Below are positions 33,629 through 42,322 of a stretch of 64,000 nucleotides of DNA, piece after piece. Position numbers and translations under genes: made by a program. The stretch spans positions 20,750-84,749 of the forward strand of contig JAQULB010000002.1 of NCBI GenBank assembly GCA_028718785.1. The letters run 5' to 3'. How positions within the stretch are numbered: the first letter of the stretch is position 1; every line of letters starts with the position of its first letter. The notes beneath the pieces are model-generated. The model saw nothing but the letters and a program-made list of their open reading frames with translations, had not been told where the DNA came from and ran no database searches. This DNA is from Minisyncoccota bacterium. GTDB taxonomy: Bacteria > Patescibacteriota > Minisyncoccia > Minisyncoccales > CG1-02-41-26.

Positions 33629-35675
33629 TAATAATTGAGGGGCAAGTTTTATTTGGACACTTTATTGTTTTGCTTTTAGTTTCAATCATTATTGAGTGGC
33701 AGTCCGGACAAAACTGATTAACTGGTTTATCCCACAAAGCAAAATCGCATTTGGGCCAGTTTGAACAGCCATAAAATACCTTTTTTCTTTTAGTTGTTTT
33801 TTCAGTTATCTCCCCTTGGGCGCACTTTGGACATTCAATGCCCAAAGTGGGTTTTTTAATTGGTTCGGTGTGCTTGCATTCTGGAAACTTACTGCAAGCG
33901 TAAAACTTTCCATATCTACCCAAACGAAGAACCATTGGATTTTTACATTCTGGGCAAATTTTGTCGGTTTCTTCTGTTAAATCCAACTTTTCCACTGTTT
34001 TTTCTTTTTGTTTTAAAATTTGTTCAAATGGCATATAAAAATCTTTTAAAGTTTTTTGAAAAGTATCTTTTCCATCAGCTACTTCATCAAACTCTTTCTC
34101 CATTTTAGCAGTAAATTGAATATCTACAATCTGGGGAAAGTTTGTTAAAAGCATAGTGTCAACCATTATTCCTATTTGAGTGGGTTTTAATTTTTTATTT
34201 TCATCTTTTTCAACATAATTTCTTTGTTGAATTGTATCAATAATTGGGGCATAGGTTGATGGACGGCCAATGCCTTCTTTTTCTAAAACTTTTATTAAAG
34301 TTGCTTCTGAATATCTGGCTGGGGGCTGGGTGAAGTGCTGAGATGGCAATAATTCTTTTAGCTCTAAAACTTCACTTTCTTTAAGCTCTGGCAATTCTGT
34401 TTCTTCAAATTTTGTTGGGTAAATTTTTAAAAAACCATCAAACTTCATTGTTTGTCCGGTGGCTCTAAAGGTGTAGATTTGATTTAAGTTAGCTGAGGAG
34501 TTAGCTTTTATATCAATTGAGCAACTGTCAAAAACGGCCTGTTGCATTTGGCTGGCTATAAATCTTTGCCAAATCAACGAGTAAAGTTTTGATTCGTCGG
34601 GAGTTAACTTGGCGCTTTTTTTAAATCCTTCGGGAGTGTGTTCTGGGTGGGTTGGCCTTATGGCTTCGTGGGCCTCTTGGGCGGATTTTGATTTTGTTTT
34701 AAATTTTCTTTCAAACCCTGGCCAATAATTAGCGCCAAAGCTGTCAATTATAAATTGTTTGGCTTGCTGTTGGCTTTGCTCACTTAAATTTAAAGAATCG
34801 GTTCGGTGGTAGGTGATGTGGCCTTTTTCATAAAGTTTTTGAGCAATAGCCATTGCCCTTTTAGCGCCAAATCCAAGCTTGTTAACAGAGGCCTGTTGGA
34901 GAGTGCTGGTGGTAAAAGGAGCTCCAGGGTTTTTAATAGTTTCTTTTTTTTCAACGCTTTCAACAGCGTAAGTTGCTCCACTTAAGTTGTTTAAAATTTC
35001 ATCGGCTTGTTGTTTGTTTTTTATTTCTAATCTGTCAATTGGTTTTCCGTTTTTGGCAATCAAATTTGATAAAAATTCTTTGTCTTTAAAAAGTTTTGCT
35101 TCCAGTGTCCAATACTCAACTGGTGTAAATTTTTTAATTTCATTTTCTCGCTCGCAAATCAAGCGCATAGCCACTGACTGCACCCTGCCAGCTGATAATC
35201 CTCGCATTATTTTTTTCCAAAGAAAGGGGGATAACTTATACCCAACCAACCTGTCTAAAACCCTTCTGGACTGCTGGGCATTTACTAAATTCATATCTAT
35301 TTTTCTTGGGCTTTCAAGAGCTTTTTCTATGGCTGTTTTAGTTATTTCATGAAAAACAATTCTTTTGGGTTCTTTTAATTTTAAAACTTCAGCCAAGTGC
35401 CAAGCAATGGCCTCGCCTTCTCTGTCCTCGTCAGTTGCTAAGATTATCTCATCGGCTTTTTTGGTTTCTTCTTTTAAAATTTTTACTTTTGGTTTGGCCT
35501 TAACTGGCACAACATATTTAACCTGAAAGTTTTTTTCAACATCAACGCCCAAAACACTTGTTGGCAAATCGCGCACATGACCAAAAGAAGAAAGAACCTT
35601 GTAGTTCTTTCCTAAGAATTTTTCAATTGTTTTAGCTTTTGTGGGACTCTCCACCACAACTAATGTGTTGCTCAT
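33591..35675 (-). CDS. topA: DNA topoisomerase I
   Basis: VVVESPTKAKTI, Toprim ATDEDREGEAIAWH, active-site ITYHRTDS, and C-terminal Cys4 zinc ribbons. Confidence 0.95.
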   Translation of the reverse strand: MSNTLVVVESPTKAKTIEKFLGKNYKVLSSFGHVRDLPTSVLGVDVEKNFQVKYVVPVKAKPKVKILKEETKKADEIILATDEDREGEAIAWHLAEVLKLKEPKRIVFHEITKTAIEKALESPRKIDMNLVNAQQSRRVLDRLVGYKLSPFLWKKIMRGLSAGRVQSVAMRLICERENEIKKFTPVEYWTLEAKLFKDKEFLSNLIAKNGKPIDRLEIKNKQQADEILNNLSGATYAVESVEKKETIKNPGAPFTTSTLQQASVNKLGFGAKRAMAIAQKLYEKGHITYHRTDSLNLSEQSQQQAKQFIIDSFGANYWPGFERKFKTKSKSAQEAHEAIRPTHPEHTPEGFKKSAKLTPDESKLYSLIWQRFIASQMQQAVFDSCSIDIKANSSANLNQIYTFRATGQTMKFDGFLKIYPTKFEETELPELKESEVLELKELLPSQHFTQPPARYSEATLIKVLEKEGIGRPSTYAPIIDTIQQRNYVEKDENKKLKPTQIGIMVDTMLLTNFPQIVDIQFTAKMEKEFDEVADGKDTFQKTLKDFYMPFEQILKQKEKTVEKLDLTEETDKICPECKNPMVLRLGRYGKFYACSKFPECKHTEPIKKPTLGIECPKCAQGEITEKTTKRKKVFYGCSNWPKCDFALWDKPVNQFCPDCHSIMIETKSKTIKCPNKTCPSIINAKENKKLKKET

Positions 35676-35678
35676 ATT

Positions 35679-36593
35679 TTAATTTAATGAATAAATATTT
35701 CCTCCTAAATTTTTTATTTTATCTTCTAATTCCATTATACAGATAATTCCAGATATTGCTTGAGAAGGCAGTTTTGTTATTTCAATTATTTTATCAATAT
35801 GTAGAGGTCCATTTTCCAGAGCGCTTGCCACTAATAGTTCTTCTGGGGGTAAAAATAGGTTTTGGGTTTGATTGGTTTTTTCTTCTCCAAGCTCTTTTAA
35901 AATATCATTGGCGCTTTCAACTAATTTAGCGCCTTGCTTAATTAGCAAATGAGGCCCTTTGGAATTTTGATTGTGAATGTCTCCTGGGATAGCGAAAATT
36001 GGTTTTTTGTATTTTTTTGCGTATTTAGCGGTTATTAGTGCCCCTGATTTTATTTTTGCTTCAACCACCAAAACCCCAGCTGACAACCCTGCTATTATGC
36101 GGTTTCTTTTGGGAAATGTAAAGTTTGCGCCCCTAGTTTCTGGAGAATATTCTGAAATTAAACATCCGTTTTTTTCTAAAATTTCTTTAGCTAATTTTAA
36201 GTTTTCTTGAGGGTAAATAACATTTTCGCTAAGCCCTGTCCCAAAAACTGCCATTGTTGAGCAAAAATTAGCGGAAGTCCGACGTCCGCTAATTTGGACG
36301 CTGTAGTTTTTTAAAGCGCCTTTGTGACTCCAAGTGTCAATGCCCAATGCCATACCAGAAACAATGCAAAAGCCCGCTTGAGACAAATCTTTAGCAATAG
36401 AAAAAGCGATTTCTTTTCCATAATTACTAGGCAATCTTGTTCCCACAATAGCAAAAAATTTTTCATTGGGTTTGAAATTACCCCTAAAAAACAACTCTTG
36501 TGGAGCTTCAGCAATATTTTTTAGAGTTTCTGGGAAAAGCGAGTCGCTTGGAGTTATTTTTTGAATTGGAAAATTTTGTAAAAACCTGTCCAT
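35679..36593 (-). CDS. dprA: DNA processing protein DprA (Smf)
   Basis: VGTRLPSNYG, IVSGMALGIDTWSH and the Rossmann-like core. A palindromic insert sits at 36265-36295. Confidence 0.85.
   Translation of the reverse strand: MDRFLQNFPIQKITPSDSLFPETLKNIAEAPQELFFRGNFKPNEKFFAIVGTRLPSNYGKEIAFSIAKDLSQAGFCIVSGMALGIDTWSHKGALKNYSVQISGRRTSANFCSTMAVFGTGLSENVIYPQENLKLAKEILEKNGCLISEYSPETRGANFTFPKRNRIIAGLSAGVLVVEAKIKSGALITAKYAKKYKKPIFAIPGDIHNQNSKGPHLLIKQGAKLVESANDILKELGEEKTNQTQNLFLPPEELLVASALENGPLHIDKIIEITKLPSQAISGIICIMELEDKIKNLGGNIYSLN
36265..36295. repeat. 31-bp palindrome aaattagcgga-agtccgacg-tccgctaattt in-frame in dprA
   Basis: Read directly; a related copy gcagaggtccgacctccgctaattt lies at 36694-36720. 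Confidence 0.85.
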
Positions 36594-36693
36594 TGGTTAT
36601 TGTATCAGCTAAAATCTTTTTAGCCAAATCTTGTAAAATTTGATAAAAAGTGTAATATAATGCGTATTGAGTTTTGGGTGTGTTGTTGAATAG

Positions 36694-36720
36694 TTGCAGA
36701 GGTCCGACCTCCGCTAATTT
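36694..36720. repeat. second copy of the GTCCGAC-core palindrome (intergenic)
   Basis: gcagaggtccgacctccgctaattt shares gtccgac + tccgctaattt with the dprA copy. Confidence 0.8.
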
Positions 36721-36944
36721 TGAAGGAGGCGATTAAGTTGGCAGAAAAAAATATTTATCGCTTTAGATGTAAAGATACAGAGGAACATTTGGTTGAGATC
36801 TTGGGAAAGCCCGAAGATTTCGAAAAATCAGACGAGATGTTTTGCATTTGGTGTGGCAAGAAAGGCCTTATCTTTTCTGGGGCAGAGACGTCTTTGGATC
36901 AGATGGTTCAAGTTTTAAAAAGGGAAAATGAAAAGTATTCATAA
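36720..36944 (+). CDS. hypothetical small protein
   Basis: 74-aa ORF with an uncertain start (TTG; AAGGAGG lies within the first codons, so a later TTG at about 36738 is possible). Confidence 0.4.
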   Translation: MKEAIKLAEKNIYRFRCKDTEEHLVEILGKPEDFEKSDEMFCIWCGKKGLIFSGAETSLDQMVQVLKRENEKYS

Positions 36945-36970
36945 CCTTATAATTTCGACTATTAGTATTA

Positions 36971-39178
36971 CTAATAGTCGTTTTTCTTTAATTTTTCTAC
37001 GGCCTCAGATAACATTTGGCAGTATAGATTTAGGCCAATGCGGTTAACCGAGCCAGATTGCTCACGGCCCAAAATATTGCCTGCTCCTCGAATTTCCAAG
37101 TCCGCTTGCGCAATTTTGTATCCACTACCCAACTCTTCAGCTTGTTTTAAGGCAGTAAGTCGCTGTTTGGCCAAACCCTTTAAAGTATTTTTGGGATATA
37201 AAAAGTAGGCGTTGGCTTGGGTATTGCTTCGGCCAATCCGGCCTCGCAACTGATAGGCCTGGGCCAAGCCCAAGCGGGTGGCGTTGTCCACAATTAAAGT
37301 GTTGGCATTGGAAATATCTAATCCGTTTTCAATAATAGTGGTGGCTAAAAGCAAGTTAGTTTTTCCGGTTTGAAAATCGCTTAAGGCCTTTACAATTTCT
37401 TTGTCTGGCAGTTTGGCGTGCAAAACGCCAATTTTAACTTTTGATTTTTCTAACTCAAAGCGTATCAAAGTTGGCCGATCGGCACAGATTGACACACTTT
37501 TGGAAGATGGTTTTTTGTTAAGAAGTTCCTCTAACAAAAGCTTAAAGGCATTGATTGTTTCCACTCTGTTGTGCAAGAAATAAATTTGTCCGCCTCGTTT
37601 TAGTTCATTTTCAATAGCGTTTTTTATAACATCTTTTTTAAATGGTAAAATAAATGTCTTTACTGGTTTACGGCCTTGGGGAGGAGTTTGAATAAAGCTG
37701 ATTTCTTTTAAAGACGACAAAGCCAAGTAAAGAGTGCGGGGGATTGGCGTGGCCGAAAGATAAAGAATGTCAATTGAGGGATTTGTTGTTCTTAATTTTT
37801 CTTTTTGTTTAACACCAAACCTTTGCTCATCATCAATGATTAAAAGTCCCAAGTTTTTAAATTCAATATTTTTAGCTAAAACGCTATGGGTGGCAATCAA
37901 AATATCCACGTTGCCATCTTTTAAGCCCTGTAGAATTTTGGGTTTTTCGTTTTTGTTTTGAAGCCGTGAAAGTAAAGCTACTTTTACGGGCAAGCCAGTT
38001 AGCCGTTTCTGAAAAGTATTAAAATGTTGGGTGGCCAAAATGGTGGTGGGGCACATAATTACTGCTTGCTTGCTGTTTTCAGCAGCCAATGTGGCTGCCC
38101 TTAAAGCCACTTCGGTTTTGCCAAAACCAACATCCCCGCAAATTATGCGGTCAATGGGTTTTTGTTTGCTAAAATCGTTTTCAATTTCGTTTAAACACTG
38201 GGATTGGTCTGGGGTTAAAGTATAAGGAAAAGTGGCCTCTAATTTTTCGTAAATTTCTGTTTTGCTGTATGCGGGTCTAGTGGCAAGTTCCTTTAAAGCA
38301 AACATTTCCAAAAGTTCTTTGGCAAATTTTTCAGCGTCTTCTTTTATTTTATATTTTGTTTTTTGCCAAAATATACCTCCAAGCCGGGATAATTTTGGCT
38401 CAACAAAACCAAGATATCGCGTTAGCTTTCTCTCAAGCCCAACAGGCACAAAAAGTTTGTCTCCTTGGGCGTATTCTAAAACATAGTATTCTTTGGCTGG
38501 CGAAGTGGCGGAAACCTTTTCAGGGTACGCTTGTTCGCCCAGCGCGCTCACTCGCTCCTGTCCTCGGCTCGCTCTCTCACTATGTTCGAACCCTGCCCGC
38601 TCGCCTGCGGATGCCCCTGAAAAGGTTTCTGCCACTTCGCTTTCTTGAACCGTTTGTATTTCTAAGAATCGGGAGATGCCGTGGTCAAGGTGTACTAAAT
38701 AATCCCCGGTTTTTAGGCCTTTTAAATCGCTAAAGATTTTTTGGGATTTTAATTTCTTTTTTAAAACATTTTTGGCGGTTTCTTCGTTGGTTATTTCAAT
38801 TGGCAGTTTTTCGATTGTTTCAATGGTGTTGCCTAAAAAATCTAAACGAAAAGCAAAAAAGGAGTTAATGGGGAAAATTTCCACAACTCCTCCAATTTGA
38901 GAAAATTCGCCTGGCTCGGTTATTTTGAAAACTTTTTCATAGCCCATTTCATCAATTTTTTTTAAAACTTCAGAAATGTTTATTTTTTGATTTGCTTCTA
39001 AAAATAAAGTATTGTCTTGCCAAAAGGCCTGGGTTTTTTGAGATTTTTTAATATGGCTTAAATTTTCTGTAAACCAAAGAATTTCTTTTTCAAGAAAGTA
39101 GGGGGTGATACTAACAATTAAAGCGCTTTGGAGCGCTTTTTTACTTGCTAAATCCATATTATGGTTATAGTATGGCAA
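36971..39178 (-). CDS. mfd: transcription-repair coupling factor Mfd (short N-terminus)
   Basis: RNAP-interacting domain LVHLDHGI...KLFVPV, helicase motifs GDVGFGKTEVA, DDEQRFGV, RGRIGR. Carries two repeat inserts. Confidence 0.9.
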   Translation of the reverse strand: MPYYNHNMDLASKKALQSALIVSITPYFLEKEILWFTENLSHIKKSQKTQAFWQDNTLFLEANQKINISEVLKKIDEMGYEKVFKITEPGEFSQIGGVVEIFPINSFFAFRLDFLGNTIETIEKLPIEITNEETAKNVLKKKLKSQKIFSDLKGLKTGDYLVHLDHGISRFLEIQTVQESEVAETFSGASAGERAGFEHSERASRGQERVSALGEQAYPEKVSATSPAKEYYVLEYAQGDKLFVPVGLERKLTRYLGFVEPKLSRLGGIFWQKTKYKIKEDAEKFAKELLEMFALKELATRPAYSKTEIYEKLEATFPYTLTPDQSQCLNEIENDFSKQKPIDRIICGDVGFGKTEVALRAATLAAENSKQAVIMCPTTILATQHFNTFQKRLTGLPVKVALLSRLQNKNEKPKILQGLKDGNVDILIATHSVLAKNIEFKNLGLLIIDDEQRFGVKQKEKLRTTNPSIDILYLSATPIPRTLYLALSSLKEISFIQTPPQGRKPVKTFILPFKKDVIKNAIENELKRGGQIYFLHNRVETINAFKLLLEELLNKKPSSKSVSICADRPTLIRFELEKSKVKIGVLHAKLPDKEIVKALSDFQTGKTNLLLATTIIENGLDISNANTLIVDNATRLGLAQAYQLRGRIGRSNTQANAYFLYPKNTLKGLAKQRLTALKQAEELGSGYKIAQADLEIRGAGNILGREQSGSVNRIGLNLYCQMLSEAVEKLKKNDY
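37457..37500. repeat. GTGTCAA..GCCGATCGGC..TTGACAC palindromic element in-frame in mfd
   Basis: aaagcgtatcaaagttggccgatcggcacagattgacacacttt is about 95% identical to the 57214-57259 copy. Encodes (minus strand) SVSICADRPTLIRF. Confidence 0.9.
38500..38640. mobile_element. 141-bp MITE-like GC-rich element with 26-bp terminal inverted repeats, in-frame in mfd
   Basis: gcgaagtggcggaaaccttttcaggg (38500-38525) against cccctgaaaaggtttctgccacttcgc (38614-38640). Length 141 = 47 codons. Encodes ...ETFSGASAGERAGFEHSERASRGQERVSALGEQAYPEKVSATSP... Confidence 0.8.
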
Positions 39179-39224
39179 TTAGTGAGAGTTTGCAATATTT
39201 TACTGTTTAAAAAGGAGGACAATA

Positions 39225-39524
39225 ATGAAAAAAGGAGAAATATTTCTTGTGGTTGTGATAATAGGGTTGCTTGTTGCCGCTCTCTTTTTACGAAATGTAA
39301 TAAAAGTTTCAAATCCAAAGGAGAGTTTGCCGTCGGTAGTTTGGAGCCAGGGGGATTACCCAGATCAAATAATGGCTTCGTTTGAAAAAAGGAAGCCTTA
39401 CTTTGATGTTCGAGAATTGGCTGATAATGAGGTGCGTCGTTGGTACAGAAACAACCCAGAGAAAGAGATTACTGCAACCTCGCTAACGGTTATTCTAACC
39501 GTTAGCGATCGTAAAGAAAGGTGA
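39225..39524 (+). CDS. hypothetical membrane-anchored protein
   Basis: 99-aa ORF with RBS AAGGAGG upstream and an N-terminal TM helix. Confidence 0.5.
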   Translation: MKKGEIFLVVVIIGLLVAALFLRNVIKVSNPKESLPSVVWSQGDYPDQIMASFEKRKPYFDVRELADNEVRRWYRNNPEKEITATSLTVILTVSDRKER

Positions 39525-39530
39525 GAAATA

Positions 39531-39570
39531 AAACCAGGGCACAAAAGGAGCGTGGCCCTGGTTTTGCATT
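39531..39570. terminator. bidirectional intrinsic terminator
   Basis: aaaccagggc...gccctggtttt between convergent genes. Confidence 0.65.
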
Positions 39571-40149
39571 TTAAAGAAGCGACATAATGTTGTGGCTGGC
39601 TTTTTCTAACAAGTCAGCCATGTTTTTTTCTTCGGCTTTAGAAAATTTTTTTAAAACAAAATCTTCAGCTTTTAGGTTTGCGGCAACCGGGTTGCCGTTA
39701 GCTGGGCGAAGTCCTGTAGTGAGCCCTGCTCTACTGCTGGGGCGGATGCCGATACGGATCCTTTTAAAATTTTGGGTTTTTAGGTTATCAATAATTGACT
39801 GAACTCCGCGATGACCACCACTGCTTGAGTTTTCTGCTATTTTTATTTCTCCAAATGGCAAGTCAAAATCATCATGAACTACAATAAGCGTAGAACATGG
39901 AACGTAGAACGTAGAACATAGGGCTTCAACAGAAAAACCAGAGTTATTCATAAATATCTGGGGTTTGGCAAGTAAAACTTTTTGGCTACTAATAACTCCT
40001 TTTGAAATTTCCGCTTTGGATTTTTTGTCTAACTTAAATTTTGGGAAATTGTTTTCTTTTTGCAAAAAATCCAAAAACCTAAACCCTATGTTATGACGGG
40101 TTTTGCGAAATTTTAAACCAGGATTGCCCAAACCAACAATAATTTTCAT
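39571..40149 (-). CDS. pth: peptidyl-tRNA hydrolase
   Basis: MKIIVGLGNPG..TRHNIGF, VVHDDFDLPFG, GGHRGVQSI. Start set at the ATG giving MKIIVGL; the upstream ATGs come from the heptamer repeat. Confidence 0.9.
   Translation of the reverse strand: MKIIVGLGNPGLKFRKTRHNIGFRFLDFLQKENNFPKFKLDKKSKAEISKGVISSQKVLLAKPQIFMNNSGFSVEALCSTFYVPCSTLIVVHDDFDLPFGEIKIAENSSSGGHRGVQSIIDNLKTQNFKRIRIGIRPSSRAGLTTGLRPANGNPVAANLKAEDFVLKKFSKAEEKNMADLLEKASHNIMSLL
39679..39752. repeat. GC-rich insert in pth
   Basis: Contains hairpin cggcaac-cgg-gttgccg. Encodes SSRAGLTTGLRPANGNPVAANL between conserved RIGI and DFVL segments. Confidence 0.7.
39890..39917. repeat. heptamer tandem repeat inside pth (gtagaac/atggaac x4)
   Basis: Read directly; encodes LCSTFYVPCSTL on the minus strand. 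Confidence 0.8.
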
Positions 40150-40218
40150 GAAACATGAAACATGAAACATGAAACATATAAAAAAGTTTCAAGTTTCAAG
40201 TTATAAGTTTTAAGATTT
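40147..40218. repeat. two adjacent heptamer arrays (catgaaa x4; aagtttc-type x5) at the pth start and upstream
   Basis: 40147-40174 catgaaa x4 and 40184-40218 aagtttc, aagtttc, aagttat, aagtttt, aagattt. Confidence 0.9.
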
Positions 40219-40297
40219 TATAATTATAGCATTTTCTTGTTGTTATTTAAAATATCTGCTAAAATATATTTAAATTACTTTTAAAAATATTAAATTT

Positions 40298-40855
40298 ATG
40301 AGCATAAAAGCAGGTTTTTCTTTTATTTGGGAGGTTTTACAGGTGGTTATTGTGGCTTTGGCCATTGTGTTGCCAATTCGTTTTTTTGTATTTCAGCCCT
40401 TTATTGTAAAAGGAGCGTCAATGGAGCCAAGTTTCCATGGGGGGGATTATTTAATAGTTGATGAAATAAGCTACAGATTTACAGAGCCCCAAAGGGGAGA
40501 GGTTTTGGTTTTTAAATACCCATTAGACAAAACTCAGAGGTTTATAAAAAGAATCATTGGTTTGCCAGGAGAAAAAGTGGATATTGAGGCGGGCAGGATT
40601 ACCATTACTTCACCCCTGGGAGATAAAAAAACGCTTGATGAACCATATATCACAACCCCTTTATCGGAAATGATTTTAGAAAATAACTCATTAAAATTGG
40701 GAAGAGACGAATATTATGTAATGGGAGACAATAGAGCTCATTCCTTTGATTCTCGAAGCTGGGGAGTTTTAAAAAAAGAAGACATTGTGGGCAGAGTTGT
40801 TTTTAGGGCCTGGCCGCCATTGGATGTAACTCTTTTCCCAGCTTTAAGCTACTAA
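40298..40855 (+). CDS. lepB: signal peptidase I
   Basis: N-terminal TM, VKGASMEPSF (catalytic Ser), KRIIGLPGE (Lys), GDNRAHSFDSR. Confidence 0.9.
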   Translation: MSIKAGFSFIWEVLQVVIVALAIVLPIRFFVFQPFIVKGASMEPSFHGGDYLIVDEISYRFTEPQRGEVLVFKYPLDKTQRFIKRIIGLPGEKVDIEAGRITITSPLGDKKTLDEPYITTPLSEMILENNSLKLGRDEYYVMGDNRAHSFDSRSWGVLKKEDIVGRVVFRAWPPLDVTLFPALSY

Positions 40856-40902
40856 AAGTATAATTGCCACAAAGCGACACCTAAATTTTTACTTTTTAAT
40901 TT

Positions 40903-42174
40903 ATGTTAAAATATCAAACACCAACAGGAATGCACGATTTGTTTCAAAAAGATTTGGAACAAGTTGCCAAAATAGAACAGTTAGCCAAAAAAATGGCGGA
41001 TTTTTACGGGTTTGAAAAAATTGAAACTCCAATTTTGGAATTTTCGGAAATTTTTGAAAAAGGCACAGGAGGTTCCACTGACATTGTAGAAAAAGAGATG
41101 TATTCTTTAAAAACTAAAGGGGGGGATCTTTTAACTTTAAGACCAGAGATAACTCCCGGGGTGGTTAGGGCTTATAGTCAAGCTGGAATGCAGAACTTGC
41201 CAAAGCCAGTCCGGCTTTGGTATTTGGGGCCTTGCTTTAGGCATGAAAGACCACAGGCTGGTAGATACAGGCAATTTAATCAGCTTGGTTTTGAAAGCTT
41301 GGGAACCCCTCATCCAATTATTGACACTATCACCATTTTAATATTTTATAACTTATTAAAATCTTTGGGTTTTAAAAAGCTAATAGTTGAAGTGAGCTGT
41401 ATTGGAGATGGCCAGTGCCGAGGAGCTTTTAAAAAGGCCTTAACAAATTATTTTCGTTCAAAAGTTTCTTCTTTATGCGCTGATTGTCGCAATAGATTAA
41501 AGAGGAATCCTTTAAGAGTTTTAGATTGCAAAGAAGAAAAATGTTGTGTTGTAAAAAAGAACGCTCCCCAAGTATTAGATTATTTATGCAAGGATTGTAG
41601 CGATCATTTTAAAAGTTTGTTGGAATTTTTAGAAGAGCTTGAGATACCTTATAGCATAAATCCTTATTTGGTGAGAGGGCTGGATTATTATACCAGAACT
41701 GTTTTTGAAATAATTGAAGACACTGAAGAAGGCAAGGTTCAGGGCTCTTTGGCGGGCGGGGGAAGGTACGATGGTTTGGTAAAGCTTTTGGGTGGAAAGG
41801 ACACTCCGGCTTGTGGAGGGGCAATGGGAGTGGAAAGAGTTATCAATTTAATAAAAGCTAAAAATAAGCAAGCAGAAAAAGAAAAACAAACTTGCGAGGT
41901 TTACTTGACTCAGGTTGGAGAATTGGCTAAAAAAAAGGCCTTAAAGCTTTTTGAGCAGTTAAGGCAAGCCAACATTAAAGCTGGAGAGGGTTTGCACAAA
42001 GAGTCATTGTCAGCCCAATTGGGAGCGGCTGACGCAATGAAAGCAAAGTATAGCTTGATTATTGGTCAAAAAGAGGCCTTAAGCAACCAAGTTATTATTA
42101 GAGAAATGAAAAATGGCCGTCAAAAAGTTGTGGATATTGATAAGGTGATTAAAGAATTAAAAAACAAAATATAA
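40903..42174 (+). CDS. hisS: histidyl-tRNA synthetase
   Basis: Class II motifs LRPEITPG, CFRHERPQAGRYRQF, GGGRYD, and an anticodon-binding C-terminus. Confidence 0.9.
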   Translation: MLKYQTPTGMHDLFQKDLEQVAKIEQLAKKMADFYGFEKIETPILEFSEIFEKGTGGSTDIVEKEMYSLKTKGGDLLTLRPEITPGVVRAYSQAGMQNLPKPVRLWYLGPCFRHERPQAGRYRQFNQLGFESLGTPHPIIDTITILIFYNLLKSLGFKKLIVEVSCIGDGQCRGAFKKALTNYFRSKVSSLCADCRNRLKRNPLRVLDCKEEKCCVVKKNAPQVLDYLCKDCSDHFKSLLEFLEELEIPYSINPYLVRGLDYYTRTVFEIIEDTEEGKVQGSLAGGGRYDGLVKLLGGKDTPACGGAMGVERVINLIKAKNKQAEKEKQTCEVYLTQVGELAKKKALKLFEQLRQANIKAGEGLHKESLSAQLGAADAMKAKYSLIIGQKEALSNQVIIREMKNGRQKVVDIDKVIKELKNKI

Positions 42175-42176
42175 AA

Positions 42177-42320
42177 AATTCTAAATTCTAATATCTAAAC
42201 TCTAAACAATATCAAATTATCAAAATACAAAATTCAAAATGAGCTCTTGTTGTTTTGAATTTAAAACATTTGAATTTTGGATTTGTTTAGGATTTAGGAT
42301 TTAGATATTAGGATTTATTT
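42177..42320. repeat. ~145-bp imperfect palindrome built from heptamer words (ttctaaa... / tttagga...)
   Basis: The left run ttctaaattctaatatctaaactctaaa is complementary to the right run tttaggatttagatattaggattta (about 25/28). Inner hairpin aaattcaaaa/ttttgaattt. Confidence 0.85.
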
Positions 42321-42322
42321 TT

